From the NCBI GenBank assembly GCA_963761335.1, contig CAVXGR010000015.1:320001-384000 (forward strand): DNA of 64,000 nt, read 5' to 3'. Position 1 is the first letter of the stretch, and each line of letters starts with the position of its first letter. Position numbers and translations under genes: made by a program. Shown in pieces: positions 49,925 through 58,265 of this stretch. A model generated the notes under the pieces. That model searched no databases, had not been told where the DNA came from, and was given only the letters and a program-made list of their open reading frames with translations. The DNA is from an uncultured delta proteobacterium (GTDB lineage: Bacteria; Desulfobacterota; Binatia; HRBIN30; BPIQ01).

Positions 49925-51988
49925 TCATACTGCACCTCCCGCAGTGGAAGTGACTATCGCGTCGGATGATCGATTGGCTTTCGGCAGAATAGACTCCGGT
50001 GGCCAGTATAGCCACTCGCCGTGGTCGTTGCAGATGCGAGCCTGGACACGACCCTGTTGTCGCCAGCGGGTGAGGGCGGTCCTGCCGATGCCGAGCTCGG
50101 CGCAGAGCTGCCTCCTGGTCATCATGCCCGCTTCGAGCAGGCGCTCCTTGAGGCTCTTGAGCTTGGCGGAGAAGCGCACCCACTGGACGCTCGCCGGATC
50201 GAACGCGTCTCCCGCGCCCGTGCGAAGCCCGCGCTCGTTGAGGAGATGGGCCACCTGAGCGTCGCTGTACTCGTCGAGCAGACGATCGATCTCCTGGCGC
50301 ACGTTGGCATGCGTGGCCCGCTGCTGCTGAGCCGTGAGCGGGCGAGGCAGCGTCAAGGTGGTGGTGGCGCCGCCACGGAATCTGACGGCGGCGGTGATCT
50401 GGCGCTGCTTGAGCAAGGTGACGTCCTCGATCACGAGCGCGAGCATGCGCTTGCGCTCCCGCACCGCCGTGTGGGGGTCGCGCCACACGGCGGGGAAGTC
50501 GGTGGCGAGGTCCAGGATACGCTGGCGTTCCTGCTGGTCGACGATCAGCCGATCGGCGGCGCGCTGGCGCTCGTAAACCTCCCGCGCCTCGCCGAGTGCG
50601 CGCAGCTTCGCGTTCCAGTCGGCCTCCAGCGAGCTAGCGACAAGTCGGTTGGCTGCGTCCACCTGCAGGTAGCGGTGGCGGGCGCGGTCGACCTCGTACT
50701 CGGCCCGTTCGACCTGGCGGTGGCGGAGGCGATCGGCCTCATCGAAACGCGTGACGATCTCCTGCTGAATGGCGAGCGCCAGCTCAAGGGCCATCGGCGT
50801 GACGGTCTCGACCACGAGGGTGGCGATGGCGGCATCGATCTCGGTGCCGAGCATGCTCTGGCACGGCGGATCGGCGAAGAGTCTGCCGCGGCCGAAGCAC
50901 ACGTAGTTCGTGATGACAGCGCCGCTGCGACGCGTGTTGTAGTGCACGTGCATGCGGCTGCCGCACAGGCCGCAGACGGCTCGGCCCTGCAGCAACGCCG
51001 GACCTTCGCGCGGCGGTCCGCCGCTGCGCTCGTAGCCCATCGCCTTGGCCGAGGCACGGAGCTGCTCGCCGATGCGCTCGTGCTCCCGCCATGAGATGTA
51101 GGCCGGGTGGGCATCGCGAATCAGCACGTGCCACTGCTCCGGTGGCAGCCGTTCGTGCCGCGTGCGCCCGTCTGGCTTCTTGCGCCAGCGTCCCCGGCCG
51201 TAGGCATAGGCGCCGGCGTACCACGGGTTGTGGAGCGCGATGGAGGCGCGGCTGATCGACAGCGGTCCCCAAGCCAGCTCCCCCTTGTGCGCGCCGGCGG
51301 CCACGCGCGTAGGGAACAGCAGACCTTGCTGCCGGAAGTGCCGCACCGTCGCACAGAGCGTGCCGGTGCGCGCGAAGGTCTCGAACAGCAGGCGCACGCT
51401 CTCCTGTACCTGGGTGTCCGGGTCGAAGATGACCTGCCCGGCGGCGTCGTACACCAAGCCCACCGGCAGCCGACAGCGCAGCTCACCCCGCCGCGCCTTG
51501 CTGAGGATGCCGCCCCGCAGGCGCGCCCGCAGGACGTGGAGCTCCGCCTCGCTCATCGTCCCCTTGAGCCCGAGCAGCAGGCGGTCGTTGAAATCGGCGG
51601 GATCGTAGACGCCGTCCTCGTCGAGGATCAGCGTGTCGGCGAGCGCACAGATCTCGAGGAGCCGGTGCCAGTCCGTCGAGTTGCGCGCCAGTCGCGACAC
51701 CTCCAGCCCCAGCACGATGCCGGCGCGTCCCATGCCGACCTCGGCCACCAGCTTCTGGAAGCCCGCGCGGTCCACCGCGGAGGCGCCCGACTGGCCGAGA
51801 TCCGAGTCGATAACGATGACCTGCTCCCTCGGCCACCCCAGCGCCACCGCGCGCTGGCTGAGTGCGTACTGGCGCTGGGTGCTCTCGGTGTTCTCGAACA
51901 CCTGGCGCACGGTCGACTGACGTACGTAGAGGTAAGCACCGCGCGCCAGATGACGGGCGGTGACCTTCTGCCGCGCTTCATTGCTCAT
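49925..51988 (-). CDS. Large serine recombinase (687 aa)
   Basis: SD GGAGGG. Catalytic YVRQS, DLGQSG, EVSRLAR, recombinase domain, Zn ribbon CGLCG..YVC..PC, coiled coil, C-terminal HTH. Confidence 0.93.
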   Translation of the reverse strand: MSNEARQKVTARHLARGAYLYVRQSTVRQVFENTESTQRQYALSQRAVALGWPREQVIVIDSDLGQSGASAVDRAGFQKLVAEVGMGRAGIVLGLEVSRLARNSTDWHRLLEICALADTLILDEDGVYDPADFNDRLLLGLKGTMSEAELHVLRARLRGGILSKARRGELRCRLPVGLVYDAAGQVIFDPDTQVQESVRLLFETFARTGTLCATVRHFRQQGLLFPTRVAAGAHKGELAWGPLSISRASIALHNPWYAGAYAYGRGRWRKKPDGRTRHERLPPEQWHVLIRDAHPAYISWREHERIGEQLRASAKAMGYERSGGPPREGPALLQGRAVCGLCGSRMHVHYNTRRSGAVITNYVCFGRGRLFADPPCQSMLGTEIDAAIATLVVETVTPMALELALAIQQEIVTRFDEADRLRHRQVERAEYEVDRARHRYLQVDAANRLVASSLEADWNAKLRALGEAREVYERQRAADRLIVDQQERQRILDLATDFPAVWRDPHTAVRERKRMLALVIEDVTLLKQRQITAAVRFRGGATTTLTLPRPLTAQQQRATHANVRQEIDRLLDEYSDAQVAHLLNERGLRTGAGDAFDPASVQWVRFSAKLKSLKERLLEAGMMTRRQLCAELGIGRTALTRWRQQGRVQARICNDHGEWLYWPPESILPKANRSSDAIVTSTAGGAV

Positions 51989-52251
51989 CGACGACACCCC
52001 TCCTCTCCGTTTGACATCGCCATGCTGGCCAGCACGCGAACCAGGCCCGCGTGGAGAGCGTCGGCGGCAAGCGCCGCCCCCACCACGGACGGCTCGCGCG
52101 CCGCCACCGGTGCCGCCGCGACGACACCACCGGTGTGTTGCTCGATCCAAGCGGCGATCCCTTCTCGCACCAGCAACAGCAGTGCGCTGCGATCGCCCAC
52201 GACCGCCGCGCCCAAAAGCATGTGGCGGCGCAGCTGCTCGTACGCTGCCAC
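51985..52251 (-). CDS. Small accessory ORF of the LSR element (AYEQLR..LLLVREGIAAW)
   Basis: Stop overlaps the LSR ATG (ATGA). Weak GTG start; may be reached by -1 frameshift from the HTH gene. Confidence 0.6.
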   Translation of the reverse strand: MAAYEQLRRHMLLGAAVVGDRSALLLLVREGIAAWIEQHTGGVVAAAPVAAREPSVVGAALAADALHAGLVRVLASMAMSNGEEGCRR

Positions 52252-52289
52252 GGGCGCATCGGCTGCCCCGTTCGCCGCCTCGGTGCCGC

Positions 52290-52757
52290 TCAGCGCCGTT
52301 TTTTTTCCCTGCGCGCCAGCGCCCGCTCGACGCTGCGTGGATGGACCCTCCGGCCAAAGCGCTCGCGCACCCGGCGAGCCAGCTCCACCGCACGCAGCGA
52401 GCCATCTTCGGCGAGCAGCTCCCGGAGAAACTCCATCACCTCGGCATCGAGCTTGTGAGAGCGCCGCGGCCCGGGCTTGCGAGGCACGAGCGCCGCCAGC
52501 CCGCCGCGCGCGAGCGCCGCATCCGCCTGGTAGAGAGTCGGACGCGAGAAGCCGAAGGCCGCCGCGCTGCGACTGGCGGGCTGCCCGTCCACGCGCACGC
52601 GGCGCACCATCTCGTACTTGACCTGGACCAGATCGCGGGCGTCGAAGAAGTCCGAGGCAGCGAAGAGCGGATCGGAGACCCTCTCGGGGCTGGAGTTGAG
52701 GCTGCCACGCTGGCGCAGCGCTTGAATCTTGGGGTCGGGCGGTTTCGGCTTGGCCAT
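52290..52757 (-). CDS. Helix-turn-helix protein of the LSR element
   Basis: FFDARDLVQVKYEM, FGFSRPTLYQ, GLAALVPRKPGPR, VHPRSVERAL. Confidence 0.85.
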   Translation of the reverse strand: MAKPKPPDPKIQALRQRGSLNSSPERVSDPLFAASDFFDARDLVQVKYEMVRRVRVDGQPASRSAAAFGFSRPTLYQADAALARGGLAALVPRKPGPRRSHKLDAEVMEFLRELLAEDGSLRAVELARRVRERFGRRVHPRSVERALARREKKRR

Positions 52758-52979
52758 CGGCGGTGTGGGTACCGCTTCTTGTAAGTATGTTTATGCCGCA
52801 CAGCGCCAGCTCTGTCAAGATAGAAACGTCCGATCTACTGCTCCATGCGCTAGTTATCAACGACAGCATTGGTCTTCCACAAGCATCGAAGGCGCAGCGT
52901 GGAACACATTGCGGCATATTCTCCTTTACACATGCGGCGAAATCCGCTTTACACATCACGCTCTCGATTCGGGAGGCGA

Positions 52980-53272
52980 TCACGACCGAAGCTCCCGCAC
53001 CAGCGCCGCCAGAACGACGAGGTCCCCGAGTCGCAACCGCGACCGTCCCGCCGCCGCGACGACGAACGGGTCTTCGGCCTCTACGCTGGTCCAGCGAGCC
53101 GGTAGCGAGGCCAGGTGTCCGTGGGGGTCGCGGTAGAAGACCCGATCCTCACCCCAGTTGCAGCGCTGTTCGACGACCACGATCTCCTGCCCGCACTGCG
53201 GATGGAACGGATGCGTGATGCGAACAGGTGCCGGCACTTGCCCGGCGTGGCCGGTAGTCGATTGAGTGGACC
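52980..53272 (-). CDS. DUF5372-like small protein; 5' end cut at the element boundary
   Basis: VRITHPFHP..SLPARWTS..DLVVLAALV. No SD or ATG inside this end of the element. Confidence 0.75.
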
Positions 53273-54811
53273 AACGTGCGTTCGAGAAGCTTGGCCCAGG
53301 CGTAGTGCTTCGGGCGCGTGTAGCTTCCCGGCGGCGGAGGCCGTGCGGTGAAGGGAGCATGCGACTCGGCACCGCTCTCGTCGGCGAGCGACGGCATCAC
53401 TGCCGGCGGGGACCTCTCCGCCGCATCGGGCTCCGTGGGAAACGATGGGGACGCTGATTTGGGCTGGATGCAAGCTCCATGCTCCTGCGGGTGACGCCGC
53501 GCGCCATCCTGCGCGCCCCGCACCGCCCCCGGGCGACTGCCCCTATGCGGCGCAAACACTCCGTGATACAGGAGCAAATTGACCCGCGGCTTCGGCACCA
53601 TGGATGCCAGCTTCTCCAGCAGCTCGATCGGCTCGAAGCGGATCGCTCGCGTGCCGTCGCGCCACGGCCGGCCCGCACTCCGGAGGCTTCCGGCGGACGT
53701 GCGCAGTCGCAGCAGCACCTTGCCCTCTGGCGTCAGCTCCAGACGCTCCTGGGCCAGCGGCGGACGCAGCACGTAACGACAGAGGTGCTCGAGGCGATTG
53801 CGATCTCCCGCGGGAACCGCAACCCCAGCATGCAGATCGAAGCCCTCGATGTGGGCGTGCAACGGTACGCTCACCGGCCTCTCCCCCTCGATGGGCCCCC
53901 GCCCGAGGCGAGCTACCGGCGCTCCGGCGCGCGGTCCAGTGGCGACACGGCCGGCGACGGCGGCTCCCTGAATCTCCGCGTATGCCGGACACTCGAAGAG
54001 ACGCTCGTCCGTGGCATCGGCCTCCTCATTGGGCCGCTCCAGTTCGATGCCGTGGCGAGCTACCAGACGGATGATCCGCCGCCGCACGGTTGCCAGCAGG
54101 CGCGCTACATCCCGGTCGGTCGGGCCCGGCGCGGGCACAAAGCGGAGGGCACCGTCGGCCTCTCGAATGAAGACGCCCTGCGCCACCAGCGTGTGAAAAT
54201 GGATGTTGGTGTTGAGCGTGTACGTGCTCCTCGCCCGGCCGAGCCCGTCCTGACATCGCGACATCCCTGGCGCGTCCAAGAGGCGACCACCCTGGGCGAG
54301 CAACGTCGCAGACGCCGTGCCATCACCTTTCGCTTACGGATATCTTCCAGATGTTGCCCTGCGCGATCACCTGTAGAGCCACGGCGCATCACCGTTTGTA
54401 CTCGAACTGAGTAGGGCGGCAGCGGCCTGCCCTTGTCTCCAGCTCGCACGTCGGCCTATCTCGAAGCTTGGCGCGAACGGCCTCGTGCAGGCGGCGAGGT
54501 GGGGTTGCAGGGGGAACCCACATGGCGTTCGATCGAGGTGGTCGGCGGCGGAAGGCCAAGGTCTCCGGCTGGATAGGAAGCGAGTTCACCTTGCCGGCGG
54601 CACCTGTCTGACTGGCGTACCAGTCGAAGGCAACACGCCGCTTGGATGCAATTCGGAGCCTTGGAGTCGGCTCGCGCTGCAGGGGACGTGTCCACCGGTG
54701 TCCAATATACGTTCCCACAGCTCGATCTCAGGGCACCTCCACTACCGAGAATCCCTTGACTTTGCTCGCATAAGGTCGTGCTGGGTGGTGCCAAGTCAGG
54801 CGCCGGCAGAC

Positions 54812-54865
54812 CTCGAAATCGTGTGACCCCTTGCGGGTCCGGGGGTTCGAATCCCCCCCTCTCCG
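54812..54865 (+). repeat. att duplication (3' 54 nt of tRNA-Ser)
   Basis: Identical to 43498-43551. Confidence 0.93.
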
Positions 54866-55250
54866 TTCTTTTTCAGGTACTTGGCCACCTGCGGCAAAAT
54901 CGAAACCGCAGGTTGCTCAATTCCATTCCCGCGTAGATGGAATTTTCGGAAAGGACAGGTGGCGATCCTGGTTCTCGAGGGTCTCCATCGTGAGTCTCAG
55001 CGCGCCGCGTAGGGTGGATCAGCGAAGTGGCTGCCACAGCGGCCCGCGAGCTCGGCGGCTTGCTGCGCCTGCGCGGGCGAAAATTCGACATCGCGGGCCA
55101 AGTCCTCCATCCACGGCCCGCACCAGCCGAGCAGCCAGGAGGCAAGCTCCTCCTTCCGATCTCGCCAGGGTCCGCGGGGCCGCAACCGCAATCCCGACCG
55201 GAGCCTAGCGCGCCGATCAGGTGCGCCCCACAGCGCCGGGACCTCCCACT

Positions 55251-55517
55251 CTATGAAGCCCGCTTGATCTCCTCGCGCACGATCTGCCGGATCTCCTCAC
55301 GCAGCCCCTTGCCACCACCAGCGGCACCCTTCATCGCCTGGCGCAGCAGCATGTTGAGCAGCGTCTGGTAGCCCACACCCCGCTCCGCCGCTTCCGCCAT
55401 CAACCAGCCGAGCACCTCGGCGTCGAGGCGCACCGTCTTCATGACTTTCGTCTTCGGAGGAATCACCGCCCCGCGTCGCTTCACCTTCAACTTGCGAAGA
55501 TCATATTCCTTCTTCAT
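55251..55517 (-). CDS. brnA: BrnA-family antitoxin
   Basis: MKKEYD..TVRLDAEVL.W..GYQTLLN; overlaps brnT. Confidence 0.88.
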   Translation of the reverse strand: MKKEYDLRKLKVKRRGAVIPPKTKVMKTVRLDAEVLGWLMAEAAERGVGYQTLLNMLLRQAMKGAAGGGKGLREEIRQIVREEIKRAS

Positions 55518-55776
55518 ATGCGTGGCGCTCCTTTTTCGTCGCCCTTCGGGCCGAGATGATTCGCAACACGCCGCTTTGTCGCTCCACGTGCACGACCAGT
55601 AGCAGGCGGTTGCGCAGCGAATGCCCCACCGTCACCTCGCGCTCCTCCTCGCTCGTCTCATCGTCGATGAAGCTGACCGCGGCGCGATCCATCAGCGCGG
55701 TCACCGCCTCCTCGAACGTGATGCCGTGCTTGCGAGCGTTCGCGGCGGCCTTGCGCTCATCCCATTCGACCCGCAT
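55501..55776 (-). CDS. brnT: BrnT-family toxin
   Basis: EWDERKA..N..KHGITFEEA..RIISARRAT. Confidence 0.92.
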   Translation of the reverse strand: MRVEWDERKAAANARKHGITFEEAVTALMDRAAVSFIDDETSEEEREVTVGHSLRNRLLLVVHVERQSGVLRIISARRATKKERHAYEEGI

Positions 55777-55782
55777 CCAACT

Positions 55783-55794
55783 TTGTAACTACAA
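55783..55794. promoter_or_regulatory. Possible toxin-antitoxin operator palindrome
   Basis: TTGTA-AC-TACAA just upstream of the brnT ATG. Confidence 0.45.
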
Positions 55795-55974
55795 TGTCAG
55801 GCTCGCCATCCGCAAGGGCATGCCAGGTTTCTGTGGCTCGGTGTCCGCTCCTTCTCGCGATGGGGAAACGGAAGGAGCCCGTAGGGCGAGTGGAGTTTTC
55901 CCATCGCGGGCGGCCGATCCGCCGAGGGCGACGCGTCAGGATGGCGCAGGAACGGCGATCGGCCAGGGAGATGG

Positions 55975-56345
55975 CCTGCGAGGCGGCCTCGTCGCTGCGG
56001 TAGCTTGGCACGTTGAACTCGAGGATGACCGAGGGGTGCACCACTCGGTCGATGGCGGCCGCCGTGGCCATCGGCTCCTTGAAGATCCGCTCCCACTCGC
56101 TGAAGACGAGGTTGCTGGTGATCAGTAGCGAGCGGCTCTCGCAGCGCTCGGCAATCAGCGTGAAGAGGACCTCGGCCTCATCGGGGCTCTGCTTCACGTA
56201 AGCGATGTCCTCCACGATGAGTAGCTCGAAGCCGTCGAGCTTGCGCAGCATCCGCGGCAGCTTCGCCTCGCGCTTGGCCGCGAGCAGCTCCTGTACGAGC
56301 TGCTAGGCGGGCCGGAAGAGGACCGAGTGCCCTTGCTCGACGAGG
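55975..56345 (-). pseudogene. istB: IS21 helper ATPase IstB fragment
   Basis: LLIVEDIAYV, SLLITSNL.FSEW..F, AAIDRVVH, SYR. In-frame TAG at 56303-05; Walker A missing. Confidence 0.85.
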
Positions 56346-56440
56346 GTATGCCCCAGAGCACACCAGGGGAGACCGGCGGCTCCCAAGAGGAAAAACAGCC
56401 CGACGAGAGTCGGCGGAGAGCAACCGCGACTCGCCGGCGC

Positions 56441-56923
56441 TCACGGCTGCGGATCGCGTTCATCCCTCGCGAGCTCGAAGCCGTGAAGGAGGGCGATGTA
56501 CTCGGACGGCAGACCGTGTTCTCGTGCCCCGTCCAGCAACAACCCAAGGTAGCGCCGCGACGGCTTTCTCCCCGGCGAAACGCGAGGAGACTGGTAGGTA
56601 AAGGCGGCGATCGTTTGCTTCGCCGGCGTCACCACCGGGACGACGATGCTGCGGTAGTAACCCAAGTGAACGCCTTCGGTGCGGTCGAGGCGGTCAGCCT
56701 CGTCTGCGGTGATGCAGTGAAGGACCCCGCAGGTGCGCGCTCCGACTTGCCGCGCGAGGTTGGCGACGCCGCGCTCGCCAGGGCCGACGGGAAGGTCAAA
56801 GCTGAGCCGATAGCCGTCGAGCCAGCCCCAGGTGCTGGCCGAGGGCTGCATCCCGCGTCGCTCGACGAAGATCGTGCGGCTCATGTTGCTGCCGTAGGCG
56901 AAATACCAGAGACAGGGGCTCAC
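56441..56923 (-). CDS. Gamma-glutamylcyclotransferase family protein
   Basis: YFAYGSNM, LDRTEG..Y, PSRRYL. Confidence 0.88.
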   Translation of the reverse strand: MSPCLWYFAYGSNMSRTIFVERRGMQPSASTWGWLDGYRLSFDLPVGPGERGVANLARQVGARTCGVLHCITADEADRLDRTEGVHLGYYRSIVVPVVTPAKQTIAAFTYQSPRVSPGRKPSRRYLGLLLDGAREHGLPSEYIALLHGFELARDERDPQP

Positions 56924-57060
56924 GCTGGCACTCTGCCACGGGCCGGCGCCTGAGCAAGCGTGTGATCGCAGCGACGGAGCTCGGGAAGCTTGAATCAGAC
57001 ATCATGGAATTGAATCGTCTTGCTGTTTGTTCGACATGAAACGGCGAACGAGATCGGCGA

Positions 57061-57795
57061 TTACCAGCGGCCGAAATGCGAGCCGCCATCGACGTACAGA
57101 ATGTCACCAGTGACCGTCCCGGCGTCGGTCAGATACATGACCGCATCCGTGATGTCCTTGACCGTCGAAGGCCGAGCCATCGGCGACAGGCTCTCCATCA
57201 CGTCCGTCGGAGTCTCCCGGTGAAGCGGTGTGTAGACGACGCCCGGGGCGACGGCGTTCACGCGGATGCCGTCTTTCGCGAACTCCATCGCCAGGTGCTG
57301 GGTGATGGTTTCAAGACCGCCTTTGGTGAACATCGGCAACGCCGCCGTGACGCCCCGGATCGGGTTGCGAGCAAGCGCCGCCGTGATCGCGACGATGCTG
57401 CCGCCGGTCTTCTGCGCCAACATTTGCTTGATGGAGAGTTGGGTGATGTACAGGAAGCCCTCGACGTTGGTCGAGATCAGCGACTTGAAGTCCTCGGCCG
57501 TGTAGTCGGTGAACGGCTTGGTGATGAAGATGCCGGCGTTATTGACCAGTGCGTCGATCGAATTGAAGCGAGACAGCGCCGTCTCGATGATCTCGGCGGC
57601 GGTTGCCGGCTCGCCGATGTGGCCGTCCACCAGGGCGATGTGGTCGGAAGCCGCGATCTCGGTGGATTGGGTCACCTTCCGGGAATTGGCAACGACGTTG
57701 AACCCCCGTTCGACAAACCCTTTCACGATTCCCGCGCCGATCCCCTGGGAGGCTCCGGTCACGATGGCTGTCTTCCGCGGGCCGTTCAGGGGCAT
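57061..57795 (-). CDS. SDR family oxidoreductase
   Basis: TGASQGIG, NNAG, NAVAPG, VDGG. The catalytic YxxxK appears as PMFTK. Confidence 0.9.
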   Translation of the reverse strand: MPLNGPRKTAIVTGASQGIGAGIVKGFVERGFNVVANSRKVTQSTEIAASDHIALVDGHIGEPATAAEIIETALSRFNSIDALVNNAGIFITKPFTDYTAEDFKSLISTNVEGFLYITQLSIKQMLAQKTGGSIVAITAALARNPIRGVTAALPMFTKGGLETITQHLAMEFAKDGIRVNAVAPGVVYTPLHRETPTDVMESLSPMARPSTVKDITDAVMYLTDAGTVTGDILYVDGGSHFGRW

Positions 57796-58052
57796 TTTCG
57801 GTGCCTTTCCCTGTCGAGCCAGGCGCGGATATAGGCGGGACAATTCCTCAGCTGCACCTTGTCCGCTTCGCAATCCGCCAGGAACCGAATCGTGTCTCGA
57901 TCCACGAGTGTCAGCTCTTTGAAATCCAGCACGACTTCGTCCTTCTCGGCGTCGAGGAGTGCCTGTAGCTCGGTGAGATGCTCCGCTTCGATCCGACCGC
58001 TCACAACAAAGACAACGGAGCTTCCGTCGGCAGTTCGCATTATTTTCAGCAT
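57786..58052 (-). CDS. Small STAS-like hypothetical protein
   Basis: MLKI..SGRI..LDF.ELTLVD..RFL..C..YIRAW. Confidence 0.7.
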   Translation of the reverse strand: MLKIMRTADGSSVVFVVSGRIEAEHLTELQALLDAEKDEVVLDFKELTLVDRDTIRFLADCEADKVQLRNCPAYIRAWLDRERHRKCP

Positions 58053-58086
58053 CGCTCTAGAGACGCACACGTCTTTAGCGCCGCAA

Positions 58087-58102
58087 TGCGGGCTTCGTGC
58101 CA
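58087..58102 (-). promoter_or_regulatory. Sigma-54 (-24/-12) promoter
   Basis: TGGCACGAAGCCCGCA (GG-N10-GC), 35 nt upstream of the STAS-like gene. Confidence 0.65.
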
Positions 58103-58265
58103 GCGCGATGCGCGACGAACGGAAGGGTCCTGCTCACCCTCAGATCGCCCACGGAGTGCCCCACGAAGTCGCGACTCTTCGGGAATTCCCGACATTTCGT
58201 GAAGTCTCGAGGGGTGGTGTTGGATTTTCGCGCGGAACAGGCGAAACTGTCGGGGCGAGGTCAAT

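Larger units (their letters stand above)
49915..53274 (-). mobile_element. 3360-bp large-serine-recombinase element (LSR, small ORF, HTH, DUF5372-like)
   Basis: AA at 49913-14 and 53273-74. Removing the element restores the transposase frame WAKLLERT-FEIDVLAC. Confidence 0.88.
49480..54217 (-). mobile_element. IS91/ISCR-like rolling-circle element remnant (oriIS copy B plus interrupted HUH transposase)
   Basis: HUH motif NIHFH, single-Tyr LCRYVLRP, LLLYHGV, and a C-terminal FEIDVLACPDCGG zinc finger at 49693-49914; split by the LSR element; N-terminal domain missing. Confidence 0.85.
43498..54865. mobile_element. Decayed genomic island integrated in tRNA-Ser(CGA), about 11.3 kb
   Basis: 54-bp direct repeat 43498-43551 = 54812-54865, starting in the anticodon loop, with about 20 bp further imperfect identity; adjacent tyrosine integrase remnant. 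Confidence 0.9.

Noticed and set aside
51989..52405. N-terminal extension of the recombinase (826-aa ORF) and the 93-aa ORF 51978-52259
   Set aside because: They overlap better-supported genes; the SD and catalytic motif position favour ATG 51988.
54408..54438. Hairpin AGGGCGGC-AGCG-GCCTGCCCT as terIS of the IS91-like element
   Set aside because: The transposase 5' part is deleted and no second copy or target junction supports this boundary.
54812..54865. Second tRNA-Ser gene
   Set aside because: Only the 3' 54 nt are present; the acceptor 5' strand and D-arm are missing, so it is an att site.
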